NCBI GenBank assembly: GCA_963701295.1
Contig: OY969585.1
Span: 1,760,001 to 1,824,000, forward strand
DNA length: 64,000 nucleotides
Origin: Ignavibacteriota bacterium
GTDB lineage: Bacteria; Bacteroidota; Ignavibacteria; UBA10030
Direction: 5' to 3'
Shown here: piece by piece, positions 1-11,300 of the stretch
Position numbering within the stretch: position 1 is the stretch's first letter
How the letters are laid out: each line of letters starts with the position of its first letter
Position numbers and translations under genes: made by a program
The notes under the pieces: generated by a model
The model's database searches: none
Told to the model about the DNA's origin: nothing
What the model saw: only the letters and a program-made list of their open reading frames with translations

Positions 1-311
1 GAAAGATAAAAGTAGTTCCTAATCCATATATCGTAACAAATACTTGGGAGCCCCATAATCCTTATTCTAACGGGCGCGGAGAACGGCAACTTCATTTTAT
101 TCATCTACCTGCAAAATGCACGATAAAAATATTCAATGTAAGGGGTCAATTAGTGAATACGATTGAACATAATAATCCGCTTAATGATGGTACTGAGATA
201 TGGAATATGTTGTCAAAGGATAATCTAGAAATCTCTTATGGTATTTATATATTTCATGTAGGAGCAGCAGGTGTAGGTGAGAAAATTGGAAAATTTGTGG
301 TGCTCAAATAG
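1..311 (+). CDS. C-terminal end (partial gene) of a secreted protein with an atypical T9SS/FlgD-Ig-like sorting domain
   Basis: Frame 3 reads KIKVVPNPYIVTNTWE...RQLHFIHLPAKCTIKIFNVRG...WNMLSKDNLEISYGIYIFHV...KIGKFVVLK* (TAG 309-311). It is clearly homologous to the C-terminus of 8328-12176. Not in the ORF track because it runs off the window. Confidence 0.85.
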   Translation, partial: KIKVVPNPYIVTNTWEPHNPYSNGRGERQLHFIHLPAKCTIKIFNVRGQLVNTIEHNNPLNDGTEIWNMLSKDNLEISYGIYIFHVGAAGVGEKIGKFVVLK

Positions 312-328
312 AGAATGGAGCGAAGAAA

Positions 329-1348
329 ATGAGAAAATATATAAGTGTTATTCTAGGAATGCTGCTGATAGCGCAGATCAGTGTCTATGCACAGGGCGTG
401 ACGAAAGTTGGAACAACAGCAGCTGGTTTTTTAGGTATAGATATGGGACCGCGAGGTACGGCCATGGGCAGTGCCTATGTGTCGGTAGCAAATGATGTCA
501 GTGCGATGTATTGGAACCCAGCAGGGATTGCTCGGATCGACGGATTTGAGGCAAGCTTCACCAATACGAAGTGGATCGCAGACCTATCATTGAACTATGC
601 AGGTGCGGTGTTGCCATTAGGAGATGTCGGGAACATTGGTATCAACGCGACATTTCTAACGATGGATCAAATGGAGCGAACGACCATCGAGCAGCCGGAT
701 GGGACGGGGGAATTTTTCGACGCGGGCTGCTATGCGTTTGGGTTGAGTTATGCCCGCAACTTGACGAACCAATTTGCCATCGGCATAAATGCCAAATATA
801 TCAACGAGCGGTATTACCACAGCAACGCTACTGGGTTTGCTTTGGATGTGGGTGCACTATTTGACACAAAATTCAATGGGTTAATGCTGGGCATGAGCAT
901 CTCAAACTACGGAACGAAGATGCAGTTGGATGGCGAGGATTTTCGTGTGCAGCACGATATTGATGTGAGTGTCTCAGGGAATAATCCTAACATCAATGCG
1001 AATCTGGCGACCGATCCATATGACCTGCCGTTATTGTTCCGTGTCGGGATATCTATGGATGTCCTCAAAGGTGCAGCAAACAGTAACCTGATCATTTCCG
1101 TTGATGCGCTGCATCCAAGTGATGATGTGGAATCGGTAAACGTTGGCGGTGAATATGTTTTTAATAACATATTGGCGCTTAGGGCCGGCTACAAAGGATT
1201 GTTCGCAAAAGATTCTGAACAGGGTTTTAATTTTGGTGGTGGGGTATGGTATACGATAGGAACAACCACTTTACATTTTGATTATGCATACATTAATTTC
1301 GGTATCTTGAATTCTGTACATATGTTTAGTATCGGTTTGGGACTTTAA
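329..1348 (+). CDS. PorV/PorQ-like (UPF0164) outer-membrane beta-barrel
   Basis: Signal peptide, KVGTTAAGFLGI..GPRGTAMG and YWNPAGIA motifs, beta-barrel-like C-terminus; paralog of 12189-13223. Confidence 0.8.
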   Translation: MRKYISVILGMLLIAQISVYAQGVTKVGTTAAGFLGIDMGPRGTAMGSAYVSVANDVSAMYWNPAGIARIDGFEASFTNTKWIADLSLNYAGAVLPLGDVGNIGINATFLTMDQMERTTIEQPDGTGEFFDAGCYAFGLSYARNLTNQFAIGINAKYINERYYHSNATGFALDVGALFDTKFNGLMLGMSISNYGTKMQLDGEDFRVQHDIDVSVSGNNPNINANLATDPYDLPLLFRVGISMDVLKGAANSNLIISVDALHPSDDVESVNVGGEYVFNNILALRAGYKGLFAKDSEQGFNFGGGVWYTIGTTTLHFDYAYINFGILNSVHMFSIGLGL

Positions 1349-1656
1349 AGACAATTTATTCCTTTTTTAGAATACATAATCCGAAGCTTACTTCGGAAAA
1401 ATAGATTCTTGATAAAAAAAATGCTGGTATAACGACAGAAGAATAAATTATTTCTTCATCAGAATAACAGTCGTGGTGCGCAAACTCAGATGAGCAGCGA
1501 GAAAACAATTCTCTTTCCCTCAACATATGTTCCAACAGGAACGAGATGGGATTTTGATGGTATTCAATTCTCCCCAAGAAGCTCGAATCGATATTCTCAG
1601 AATAATCAAAATTAATAAGTATAAAGCATCAAAAAAGCAAAGCTGCGATTTTCTAT

Positions 1657-1895
1657 GTAGTGGAGGAGATCTATTCGGCTACTTATAGCTTGGTAGAAGT
1701 CCACATAATGCATTCTGATTTCCCGCCTATCAGTGAATCGTGATCGTAAAATCGTAAGGAGGATAGATAAATGGGAATATTAGAACTATGAGACAAACAA
1801 GCCGATTCGCCTGGGGGCGTTTTATTTCTTTTCGGAGAGAGAGTGGAAACTTGACCGAACTCGATTCTGAATTTGAGATTTCTTTCAACGATTTG
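1657..1895. repeat. Degenerate copy 1 of an att-like element (homologous to 33325-33680)
   Basis: Shared blocks 'ctattcggcta..tagcttg.tagaagtccac.taatg', 'ggatagat.aatggga.a.t.agaacta.gagaca.a.aagc' and 'atttcttttcggag.g.gag' are found again at 33.3-33.7 kb. Confidence 0.75.
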
Positions 1896-1993
1896 TTAAA
1901 AATATAATCACTGAAAATTCTACTTACATAAAGTTTTATTGCAACAAGGGAGAACCATCTCAAAGTTATACGCGAAGGTTTTTAAATTAATAC

Positions 1994-2140
1994 CTACAGA
2001 TGGCGGATCTGATCTGCGTATCGACGACTAACGATAAGCTCGGTTTCTCTCTTGTCTTTGAGTCTCACTTTGTATCGTCCGGCGAACCATTTGACAAGCT
2101 CACGAATGAATTTCACATTGATGATGACGGCGCGATGAAT
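1994..2140 (-). pseudogene. Fragment: C-terminal LytTR DNA-binding domain of a response regulator
   Basis: RIHRAVIINVKFIRELVKWFAGRYKVRLKD...ELIVSRRY matches the LytTR pattern (RIHRSxIVN...L.VSRRY); N-terminus missing. Confidence 0.75.
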
Positions 2141-2333
2141 GCGCCTTGGCACTGTTGATGAAGGGAAAACGGTCTTATTCATTCTGCTGCGGTCAAATCC
2201 ACTTGAGGATATTCGAAATGCCGATCAGATTGAAAGTGTATTCCTGCGCAGCCGCTATTTCAACTGGGCTTATTTGAATCAACTTCAAGCGGGTAATTGT
2301 GATAAAACTAGGACGATTATATTGTTGCAGTAA
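2139..2333 (+). pseudogene. Fragment: C-terminus of an amidohydrolase-family protein
   Basis: LGTVDEGKTVLFILLRSNPLEDIRN..IESVFLRSRYF resembles the amidohydrolase tail (GTIExGKxADLVLLxxNPLEDIxNTxxIxxVxxxG). Confidence 0.65.
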
Positions 2334-2591
2334 TGATACCCCAGAGTATTCTGAGTGGCTTTAATTGTAGAAAGAAAGCTTTTCTGGTCTGTAAAAATTG
2401 TTTTCTCTTGCCTTTGTGCAATAGCTTCTTTATGTTTGACACGTTATATGTGGCACGTGTACACAATATGGAAGCAGTGAGAAGTTAGAGTAGGAAGAAA
2501 TCTCGAGTGAATAATCTTATCTCAGAGAAGTTCAACATTCTTTCTCCGCTTGTGTTACTTAAATACATCGTTTTGTTGAAAGGAATGTTCG

Positions 2592-4115
2592 ATGAAGTTT
2601 CCCCGTAGTAGCGGAATATTATTGCATCCAACATCGTTACCCGGGCCCTATGGTTCAGGTGACCTTGGTGCTTCAGCATATCATTTTGTCGATTGGTTGG
2701 TTTCGGCGGGTCAAACTCTTTGGCAAATGCTTCCTTTAGGTCCTGCAGGTATTGCAAACTCACCATATATGTCACTTTCTGCTTTTGCAGGAAATCCCTT
2801 ACTCATTGATCTCCAGGAATTATGCACACTCGGTTGGCTAACTCAAGAAGATCTTGCAAGTAAATCGGTTGAAGAAGGTACGAAAATCGATTATCAATCT
2901 GCAACACAATTTAGGATGGCCACTCTTGTAAAGGCATCGAACATATTTTTTATTCAAAGTGGAATGGAGGATCGAAAGCTATTTGACAAGTACTGTATGG
3001 CTGAAAAATCATGGCTTGAAGATTATGCACTCTTTCAGGCATTGAATCAAAAATATTGTCAGATGGAATGGTCATCATGGGATTACGATCTCGTACATCG
3101 TACATCAGCCGCATTGAAGAATGCTCGAAAGGAACTTGAAGACCTTATCAACTTTCACAAATTTACTCAATGGTGTTTTGCGCGTCAATGGCACAGTTTG
3201 AAGAAATACGCTAATGATCGAAACATAAAACTTGTTGGTGATATTCCCATTTTTGTAGCTCATCATAGTGCAGATGTTTGGTCAAATCCAGGTGATTTTT
3301 TCTTAGATGAAAAGAGGCTACCTACCATTGTTGCAGGTGTTCCTCCAGATTATTTCAGTGAGGACGGACAACGCTGGGGCAATCCATTATATAGATGGAA
3401 TGTCATGAAAAGGGAACAATACAAATGGTGGATCGAACGTTTCAGAAAAACATTTGAATTATTCGATATACTTCGTATTGACCACTTTAGAGGATTCGAG
3501 GCATACTGGGAAATTCCGGCTAAAGAAAAGACAGCACGAATTGGTCGATGGGTCAAAGGTCCCGGTGAAGATCTTTTTAAAACAGTAAAACAAAAATTGG
3601 GCAATTTGCCTATTATAGCCGAAGATCTTGGAGTTGTAACACAGGAAGTCGTAACACTCCGAAAGAAATTCAAATTCCCGGGAATGAAAGTATTACAGTT
3701 TGCATTCTCTACAGATCAGAATGACGCTTTCCTTCCGCATAATTATGACAGGAATTGTGTTGTGTACACGGGAACACATGATAATGACACGACTATAGGA
3801 TGGTATGAGAAAGCATCAGAACATGAACGTGACTTTATCAGGCGGTATTGTAAAACAGATGGACGCAAAATTAATTGGGATTTGATCAAACTATCTCTTC
3901 AATCCATTGCCGAGATGGCCATTCTTCCATTTCAAGATATATTAGATCTCGGAAGTGAGGGAAGGATGAACTTCCCTGGTACTATCGATGGGAATTGGGA
4001 ATGGCGATTTACATGGAACGAAATTAAGCCATGGATGACAGAACAGTTGTTTGAGTTGACTACTCTTTATGGACGATGTAACTCTGATAAGATAAAACTT
4101 CAACAAAAAAAATAG
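2592..4115 (+). CDS. malQ: 4-alpha-glucanotransferase (amylomaltase, GH77)
   Basis: SSGILLHPTSLPG, GDIPIFV, GVPPDYFSEDGQRWGNPLY, RIDHFRGF, IIAEDLG, YTGTHDNDT motifs. Confidence 0.97.
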   Translation: MKFPRSSGILLHPTSLPGPYGSGDLGASAYHFVDWLVSAGQTLWQMLPLGPAGIANSPYMSLSAFAGNPLLIDLQELCTLGWLTQEDLASKSVEEGTKIDYQSATQFRMATLVKASNIFFIQSGMEDRKLFDKYCMAEKSWLEDYALFQALNQKYCQMEWSSWDYDLVHRTSAALKNARKELEDLINFHKFTQWCFARQWHSLKKYANDRNIKLVGDIPIFVAHHSADVWSNPGDFFLDEKRLPTIVAGVPPDYFSEDGQRWGNPLYRWNVMKREQYKWWIERFRKTFELFDILRIDHFRGFEAYWEIPAKEKTARIGRWVKGPGEDLFKTVKQKLGNLPIIAEDLGVVTQEVVTLRKKFKFPGMKVLQFAFSTDQNDAFLPHNYDRNCVVYTGTHDNDTTIGWYEKASEHERDFIRRYCKTDGRKINWDLIKLSLQSIAEMAILPFQDILDLGSEGRMNFPGTIDGNWEWRFTWNEIKPWMTEQLFELTTLYGRCNSDKIKLQQKK

Positions 4116-4335
4116 TTTCACTGCAATATTAACTAAAATGAGAAAATGATAAGTAGTATATAGTCGACTGCTGTTAAAAGATATAAAAACTCCGCTTTTT
4201 CTAATAAATAAACAAATTTTGTACCATTGGTTCTGACGATGCACGCTCTTCCATCAGAAGAATACAGATTCCTCAAGAGATCTTTAAAATAATTTGAAAT
4301 AATACTTGACTCTTAAAAAGAAAATCCGGAATTTT

Positions 4336-4349
4336 TGGAAGCGCTTCCA
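4336..4349. promoter_or_regulatory. LacI-family operator
   Basis: Perfect palindrome TGGAAGCGCTTCCA with central CG, 21 bp upstream of the likely ATG (4371) of the LacI gene; TTGACT -35-like hexamer at 4306. Confidence 0.8.
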
Positions 4350-4370
4350 CAAAAATTGAACGTTGAGATC

Positions 4371-5405
4371 ATGACGCCGACAATTTACGATATCGCTAAG
4401 AAAGCAAAAGTGGGAATAGGGACTGTTTCGCGTGTGTTCAACAACCATCCTAGTGTTTCCAAAGAGACAAGGAATCGTGTTCTTCACATTGCGAACAGGA
4501 TGGATTATCACCCTCATCCGTATGCACGAGGTCTTGCTAGTAAACGAACAAACTCAATCCTTGCGATTATCCCGTACTTTACAACATTCTTCTTTGTTGA
4601 GATTTTACAAGCAGTCCAGGCCATTCTTGCAGAATCAGAATGCGACCTTATTCTTCACGGAGTCACTCACCCAGATCATGCTGAAGGGACGTTAAAGAAA
4701 AATACCGTGCGGGGCAGAGTGGATGGGATGCTTATTTTTTCACTGAAGATGCCGGATAAATTTGCTCGTGAATATGTTAATTCACGTGTTCCTGTAGTTC
4801 TTGTTGATACGTATCATCCAGATTTTGATTCATTTACAGTCGAGAATGTCCGAGGTGCATATATTGCTACGAATTATCTCATATCACTCGGACATACACG
4901 TATTGGAATCCTGAACGCGAATCTCGAGAGCCCTCCAGCACGTGAGCGTTTAAAAGGTTTTAAAAAGGCATTGAGAGAAGCACAGATTCCAATTGAACCA
5001 TGTTTGATAAAATATAGCAGGTCGGCTCATCTTGATGGGTTTACACATGAAGACGGGTATGAGATGATGAAACAATTCCTTTCTCTCGGCGCACGCAGAC
5101 CAACTGCTGTTTTTGTGACAAGTGATATTCAAGCATCCGGCGCATTAGAAGCAATGAATGAGAAGGACGTTCGCTGCCCAGAAGACATTACTGTGGTCGG
5201 CTTTGATGATATTGAATTAGCACGACATATAGGATTGACCACCATGAGGCAACCTATGGTGGAGATGGGGTCGCTTGCGGTTCAACGTTTGTTTGAACGA
5301 ATGAAAGATCCAAACTTAAAGCCTATCTTTAAAACGTTTCTTCCAACGCTTGTTGTTCGTCGAACATCGTGTTCGATTCACCCTGTAAGAAAAATGATTC
5401 AATAG
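4371..5405 (+). CDS. LacI-family transcriptional regulator
   Basis: TIYDIAKKAKVGIGTVSRVFN HTH plus sugar-binding domain. Start moved to ATG 4371 because the ORF-track start at 4335 overlaps the operator. Confidence 0.95.
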   Translation: MTPTIYDIAKKAKVGIGTVSRVFNNHPSVSKETRNRVLHIANRMDYHPHPYARGLASKRTNSILAIIPYFTTFFFVEILQAVQAILAESECDLILHGVTHPDHAEGTLKKNTVRGRVDGMLIFSLKMPDKFAREYVNSRVPVVLVDTYHPDFDSFTVENVRGAYIATNYLISLGHTRIGILNANLESPPARERLKGFKKALREAQIPIEPCLIKYSRSAHLDGFTHEDGYEMMKQFLSLGARRPTAVFVTSDIQASGALEAMNEKDVRCPEDITVVGFDDIELARHIGLTTMRQPMVEMGSLAVQRLFERMKDPNLKPIFKTFLPTLVVRRTSCSIHPVRKMIQ

Positions 5406-5478
5406 TAAACGGAATGAGTATAGATTTTTATTCATACAACAAATTGATAGGAAAAAACAGGAAATAAGGAGAACCATT

Positions 5479-8325
5479 TTGATACGCATATTGACTCCTC
5501 TCTTGCTGGTATCGCTCCTACTTTCTTTCGCGCTTGGTGGATCTACAGGAAAGATTGCAGGAGTCGTAAAAGATAAAAAATCGGGCGATCCAATTGTTGG
5601 GGCAAACGTAAGAATTGAAGGCACTAATTTTGGAGGGGCTACCGATTTTGATGGTAAGTACTTCATCATTAATGTTCCTCCCGATGATTATAGTTTAAAT
5701 GTAACGATGATAGGTTACACACCTTCCAAAATAACAGGTGTACGCGTCAGGGGCGATCTGACTACTGCTATAGATGTTGAACTCTCCGAGACGATTCTGC
5801 AAGTTGGCCAAGAAGTTGTTGTTGTTGCTGAAAGACCGCTCGTTCAAAAAGACCTTACAGCGAAAACGGCTATTGTAAGCGGGAACGAGATATCTGTGAT
5901 GCCGGTGACAGAAATTAGTTCGGTCATTTCGATGCAGGCGGGATTTGTTGCGGGTAGTCTTCGAGGCGGGCGTGTTGGTGAAGTAGCGTATTGGATTGAT
6001 GGAGTACCTGTGATGGATGCATATGATGGAAGTCAAGTTGTTGAGGTGAATAAAAGTCTTGTACAGGAACTTCAAGTAATATCAGGAGCATTTAATGCCG
6101 AATATGGACAGGCGATGTCAGGTATTGTGAACATCTCATCCAAAGAAGGAGGTGAGAAGTTTACAGGCGGCTTAGGAATTTATGGCGGCGATTATCTTCC
6201 AACAAATGATGGAATTTTTCCGGGCGAAAACTTTAAGTACAATAACATACGAAATATCGAAGGGAATTTAAGCGGTCCTCTTTTTACCAATGATCTTACA
6301 TTCTTTGCTAATGCTCGATATATTTATTTCAACGGATATGAAAAGGGTTATCGGAGATTCAATCCATGGAATCTCTCTCAAGATGTACAACTTCCATCAG
6401 GAACTGATACGTTAGTATCTGTGGTCCCGGGCGGATTGGGAGATAGCTCTGTTGTTCCCATGGACTGGAGTAAACGATCTTATGCTCAGGGTAAACTGAC
6501 ATGGCATATCTCTTCACTGATGAAGCTTTCGGTAAATTATATTTACGATAATAGAATAAATAAAAAGTTTGACCCAAATAATGACCGGATTTATTTCTAT
6601 AACCCGGATGGGAAGGGAAATGAATATAATCTGAGTAACACATTGATTTTTCAATTTAACCATTCTCTCAGTCCGAGCACTTTCTATACAATTGGAGGAT
6701 CCGTTTTTTTAAAAGACTATAAGTACTATTTATATGATTTACAATACAAAGACTCAACAACAGCCCAGGGGGATCATATTAAATTAGAAGTTGTGGATCC
6801 CTATGGTCCTCATTATGTAGATCCCCAATTGTCAGTTGCACTTCCATATAGTTTCATGACTGGTGGTACAGATCTCAATCGATCTCATCGTTCTACAGAA
6901 ACGGGACTTCTCAAGTTTGATTTGACCAGTCAAATTGATGGGATGAATATGATTAAATTCGGTGTAGAGTATCGTTCACACATTATTCAAAATGAAAGCA
7001 TTACCTTGATCAAAGCTGGTTCACAAACGGGGTTCGATTATGTGAATGTTCCACAGTCAGTTGTCTATATTCGAACAGAAATCCCAGATATCACAGCCCC
7101 CGGACACGATTACTATGAGCATCATCCAAAAGAGTTTTCCTCATATATCCAGGATAAAATGGAATATAAGAATGTCATTGTTAATGTCGGATTGAGGTTT
7201 GATTACTTTAATCCGGATGGTCAGGTGTTGAATGATTCGCATCCAGATCCCAATGATCCTCTTCATTATATGTATACTGTCGATGATCCGAGTATTGACG
7301 CTCCAATACGTGTTGATCATCTTAATATGAGTCTTCAAGATCGAGAAGCTTTTTGGTACAAACAGGCATCAATAAAGTACGCCGTAAGCCCGCGTTTAGG
7401 AGTTTCTTTCCCGATTACAGACAGAGGAATTGTTCATTTCTCGTATGGTCATTTTTTCCAGATTCCACATTTTGAAATACTCTACGAAAATCCTAGATTT
7501 AAAATCAGTCAAGCTACCTCGGATAACGCGGGAACAATGGGTAATGCTGACCTCAATCCAGAACTAACTGTGAGTGCGGAACTTGGTGTGCAGCAACAGT
7601 TATCGGATGATATCGCTTTTGACATGACAGCATATATGCGCGATATTCGAGGGCTCAGTGGAACACAGGGCGATGCCATCCATATCTTTAGTGGAGGACA
7701 GTATTACCAATATACCAATAGTGACTTTGGAATAGTTAAAGGTATCGTATTAACAATAGATAAAAAGTTTTCAAATAGTATCACCGCACGGATAGATTAT
7801 ACATATCAGATTGCATCCGGAACTGCATCCGATCCTCAGCAAGCTCAAAAGGCAAAGGCTGGTGGAGCGCTTCCTGATGTTGAGATGGTTCCTTTGAATT
7901 GGGATCAACGGCATACTCTCAATATCTCATTAAATTATTCAATGAATAATTGGGGTATAAGTTCTATCATTCAGTATGGTTCTGGAAAACCGTATACTCC
8001 TGCACTTCAGTACAGTAATATGGTGTCCACTTTGGTTACAAATAGTCAAATCCAACCACCGACTTTTGATTGTGATCTTCGCGCATATTACGAGATTAAT
8101 TTTAAGCCTGTAAAGATGGTGTTTTTCACGCGCGTATTTAATCTGTTTGATACCAGGAACCAGACGAATGTCTATCCTTCCACCGGTCGTTCCGATTATT
8201 CTCGTGATGCGGATATTGCGAGAACAACTTCAATGGTTGTAAATACCGTAGACCAATGGTTCACTGATCCTACAAGGTACTCAGAACCGCGCCGTGTTGA
8301 ATTTGGTTTGAATCTGGAGTTTTAA
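5479..8325 (+). CDS. TonB-dependent receptor with N-terminal carboxypeptidase-regulatory-like domain
   Basis: GKIAGVVKD..GANV.IEGT..GGATDFDGKYFI, plug motif ISGAFNAEYGQAMSGIVN, C-terminal EPRRVEFGLNLEF. Confidence 0.9.
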   Translation: MIRILTPLLLVSLLLSFALGGSTGKIAGVVKDKKSGDPIVGANVRIEGTNFGGATDFDGKYFIINVPPDDYSLNVTMIGYTPSKITGVRVRGDLTTAIDVELSETILQVGQEVVVVAERPLVQKDLTAKTAIVSGNEISVMPVTEISSVISMQAGFVAGSLRGGRVGEVAYWIDGVPVMDAYDGSQVVEVNKSLVQELQVISGAFNAEYGQAMSGIVNISSKEGGEKFTGGLGIYGGDYLPTNDGIFPGENFKYNNIRNIEGNLSGPLFTNDLTFFANARYIYFNGYEKGYRRFNPWNLSQDVQLPSGTDTLVSVVPGGLGDSSVVPMDWSKRSYAQGKLTWHISSLMKLSVNYIYDNRINKKFDPNNDRIYFYNPDGKGNEYNLSNTLIFQFNHSLSPSTFYTIGGSVFLKDYKYYLYDLQYKDSTTAQGDHIKLEVVDPYGPHYVDPQLSVALPYSFMTGGTDLNRSHRSTETGLLKFDLTSQIDGMNMIKFGVEYRSHIIQNESITLIKAGSQTGFDYVNVPQSVVYIRTEIPDITAPGHDYYEHHPKEFSSYIQDKMEYKNVIVNVGLRFDYFNPDGQVLNDSHPDPNDPLHYMYTVDDPSIDAPIRVDHLNMSLQDREAFWYKQASIKYAVSPRLGVSFPITDRGIVHFSYGHFFQIPHFEILYENPRFKISQATSDNAGTMGNADLNPELTVSAELGVQQQLSDDIAFDMTAYMRDIRGLSGTQGDAIHIFSGGQYYQYTNSDFGIVKGIVLTIDKKFSNSITARIDYTYQIASGTASDPQQAQKAKAGGALPDVEMVPLNWDQRHTLNISLNYSMNNWGISSIIQYGSGKPYTPALQYSNMVSTLVTNSQIQPPTFDCDLRAYYEINFKPVKMVFFTRVFNLFDTRNQTNVYPSTGRSDYSRDADIARTTSMVVNTVDQWFTDPTRYSEPRRVEFGLNLEF

Positions 8326-8327
8326 TT

Positions 8328-11300
8328 ATGAAGACTATCACTTATTCCATTCTTTTTTATTCGATCATCTTCTTGAGCGTTGCGAGCGTTTTCGCACAGA
8401 CTCAGGAACCGAGCGGCCGTGTCTATCGGCGATTTGCAATTATGAACGGAAACCAGGTGATGACTGTATTTGGCAATTACGGCGTCATTGGTCAGCCAGC
8501 AGAACAAGGATACAGAGGTGCATGGAAATATCCGAACAATGGATATCTTGGAGATGTAAGCCCGTTAATTGGTGCTGAGGTAAGGTACGATTCGGTGTTC
8601 AGAAATGGCCAGTGGGTGCATAACTTTCACTCTGTTGCCACCTGCCCGGTCGATCGTCCGACACTATTAACGGATACAGATCCCCGGACGGGAAAGTACT
8701 GGACCTTCGAACCAGAAGCTGGATATTTTAATCCGAGTAAAGAAAAAGTCGCTATGAGCGATGATAAAACTTCGTGGCCACCGACGTGGCCGGATAAAAC
8801 GGGAGATCCTACGGATCCAGGTTGGCCTGGTTCCTGGAATGGCTATTTTGGTAAAAACAAAAAAAATGCTGATCTGGAAACATATTTCGTAATGGATGAT
8901 AATAATGACGAGCGTTTTAACAATGCAGCAAACAATCAATATGGAATAGCATTCAAACCTGATTCGACTAATCCAAGCAGGAACGGACTTGGTTTAGTGA
9001 TGAATGTGCGCGCAATGCAATGGGCACAGTTCCTAGCAAAAGATAATATTTTCTGGCTTTATGAAGTCACCAATACAGGGACGACAAATTACGATCGAGC
9101 AGTGTTTGGAATGCTTGTCGGGACCTATGTCGGTGTTACTTCGACAGAGGATTATGGTGAGTATGACGATGACTGGTCTTTTTTTGATGTGAATAATAAT
9201 CTCACTTATACCGGTGACATCAAAGCGATTAATGGCCGGTGTATGAAAAACCCTCTCTGGCAACCTACACCATGCAGCGGAGCGGGGCTAGTGGGATATG
9301 CATTTCTTGAAAGCCCCGGAAATCCCTATGATGGGATTGACAACGATGGAGATGCTGATTCTTCTTTGACCGGAAGGCTTGCCCCTCGATTTACTGCAGC
9401 AAGCTTTGATTCGACTTTGCTTACTGCGGGTATGCAAATTGTGTTGATCCGAGATGATTATAGTCGATATCTCTATACAATTCCTTCTGCTGATTCGGTT
9501 CAGATAACAACTCGTGGACTGACTCGATGGATTTATCCGGGGAAAACCTGGGTGAGCGAGGGGAATGTACTGCCTAATGGATCTATCAATCCAAATGCTT
9601 ATGACGGTGTTGATAACAATTATAATGGTCTTATCGATGAAAATTACTATCTGCATTATCGACAGGTGAAAAGAGAGCCGGATGGAACAATCCTTTTTGA
9701 TTTACTCCGGCCAGTAGCATATATCGATTATTTTAAAGGTATTGGCAATGATCCTTATAGTATGATCGATGAACGGCGCGATGATAGAATCGACAACAAT
9801 AAAAACTGGAACATTCTTCATGATGATGTAGGCAGAGATGGTATTCCCAATACAGGAGATTATGGCGAAGGAGATGGCCGGCCAACATCCGGTTATGATG
9901 ACAATGGAAATGATACAGGTCTTCCAGGTGAACCACATGTAGATAAAACAGATGTGAATGAGTCTGATCAAATTGGCCTGTCAAGTTTCTTCTATTTTAC
10001 CCCTGCCGGTAATTTCAAGATGGGTGATAAGGATACCATGTGGATATATCTTGCGCCGGGTTTCTTTGATGTACCGAATGTGATTCAGAATAATAGACCT
10101 GTTGAAGGCGCAGATGGAGATTTTATTTACGGGTCCGGGTATTTTCCGCTGCGCGCAAAAAAAACCGAACGATTTTCTCTCGCCCTGGTGTATGGAGGCG
10201 GTAAACAACAAGGGTACGATGTTGATGTTGCCGACTTATTGAAAAATAAGAAGACTGTTCAAAAGATTTATGATGCAAATTATCAATTTCCCCAACCTCC
10301 GGATTTGCCGACTCTGACAGCTGTTCCGGGTGATAAGCAAGTAACGCTCTACTGGGATCGGGTTGCAGAACAGACAATCGATCCTCTTCTTCAAACTAAA
10401 ACGTTTGAAGGATATAAAATCTATCGCTCCACTGATCCAACCTTTAACGATATTCTAACGGTCACAGACGGATCTGGTTCAGCTGTTGCATACCGGCCAT
10501 TAAAGCAATACGATTTAATAGATGGGATTACTGGATATTTTCATACGTCAGGTGAGTTATATAATGATATTTCAGGGTTTGCATACTACCTTGGGAGCGA
10601 TAATGGCATTGTACATAGCTATGTCGATAGTTCTGTTCAGAATGGAAGAACCTATTATTATGCGTTAGTTGCTTACAACCATGGCGATGAATATTTGGAA
10701 ATTCTTCCCGCTGAGAATAAAATCAGTATTTCAATTTCACCAACAGGTGCCGTGACTCTCGGTCAGAATTGCGCTATGGTTGTGCCCAATGCGAAGACTC
10801 TCAATTATCTTCGTCCAGCGAATGGAGTGCTGCTTGATCATCTTTCTGGTGTTGGGACGGGAGATGCTTACTACAAAGTGGATGATGATACGAAAACTAC
10901 AGGACATCGTTATCGGGTCGAATTTCTCGATACACAAGTGGATGGAGTCGATAATAATAGTAATGGACTTATCGATCTGGCCGACTCTACGGAGTGGGAT
11001 CGCCTGACAGTAAATTATAGCGTAAGAGATTTGACCGAACGTACTGACACTCTCGTTTCTATGGATACAACGCTTGTCACCTTGCAGCGGAAGAATTTTG
11101 TTCCGGGAACAATAACCGTCTATAATGCACAAGGCTTCGTCGTACCGGATTCATTATATAAGTTAAACTCTAAATCTGGTCAAATCCGGGGAATGCGTAG
11201 TGGAACATTTCCTCCGGGACTGTATACAATCAAGTATCAATATTTTCCAGTCTATCAGAGTCAGTATATCCGTGGAACTCCATTTGTAAGTGATAGTAAG

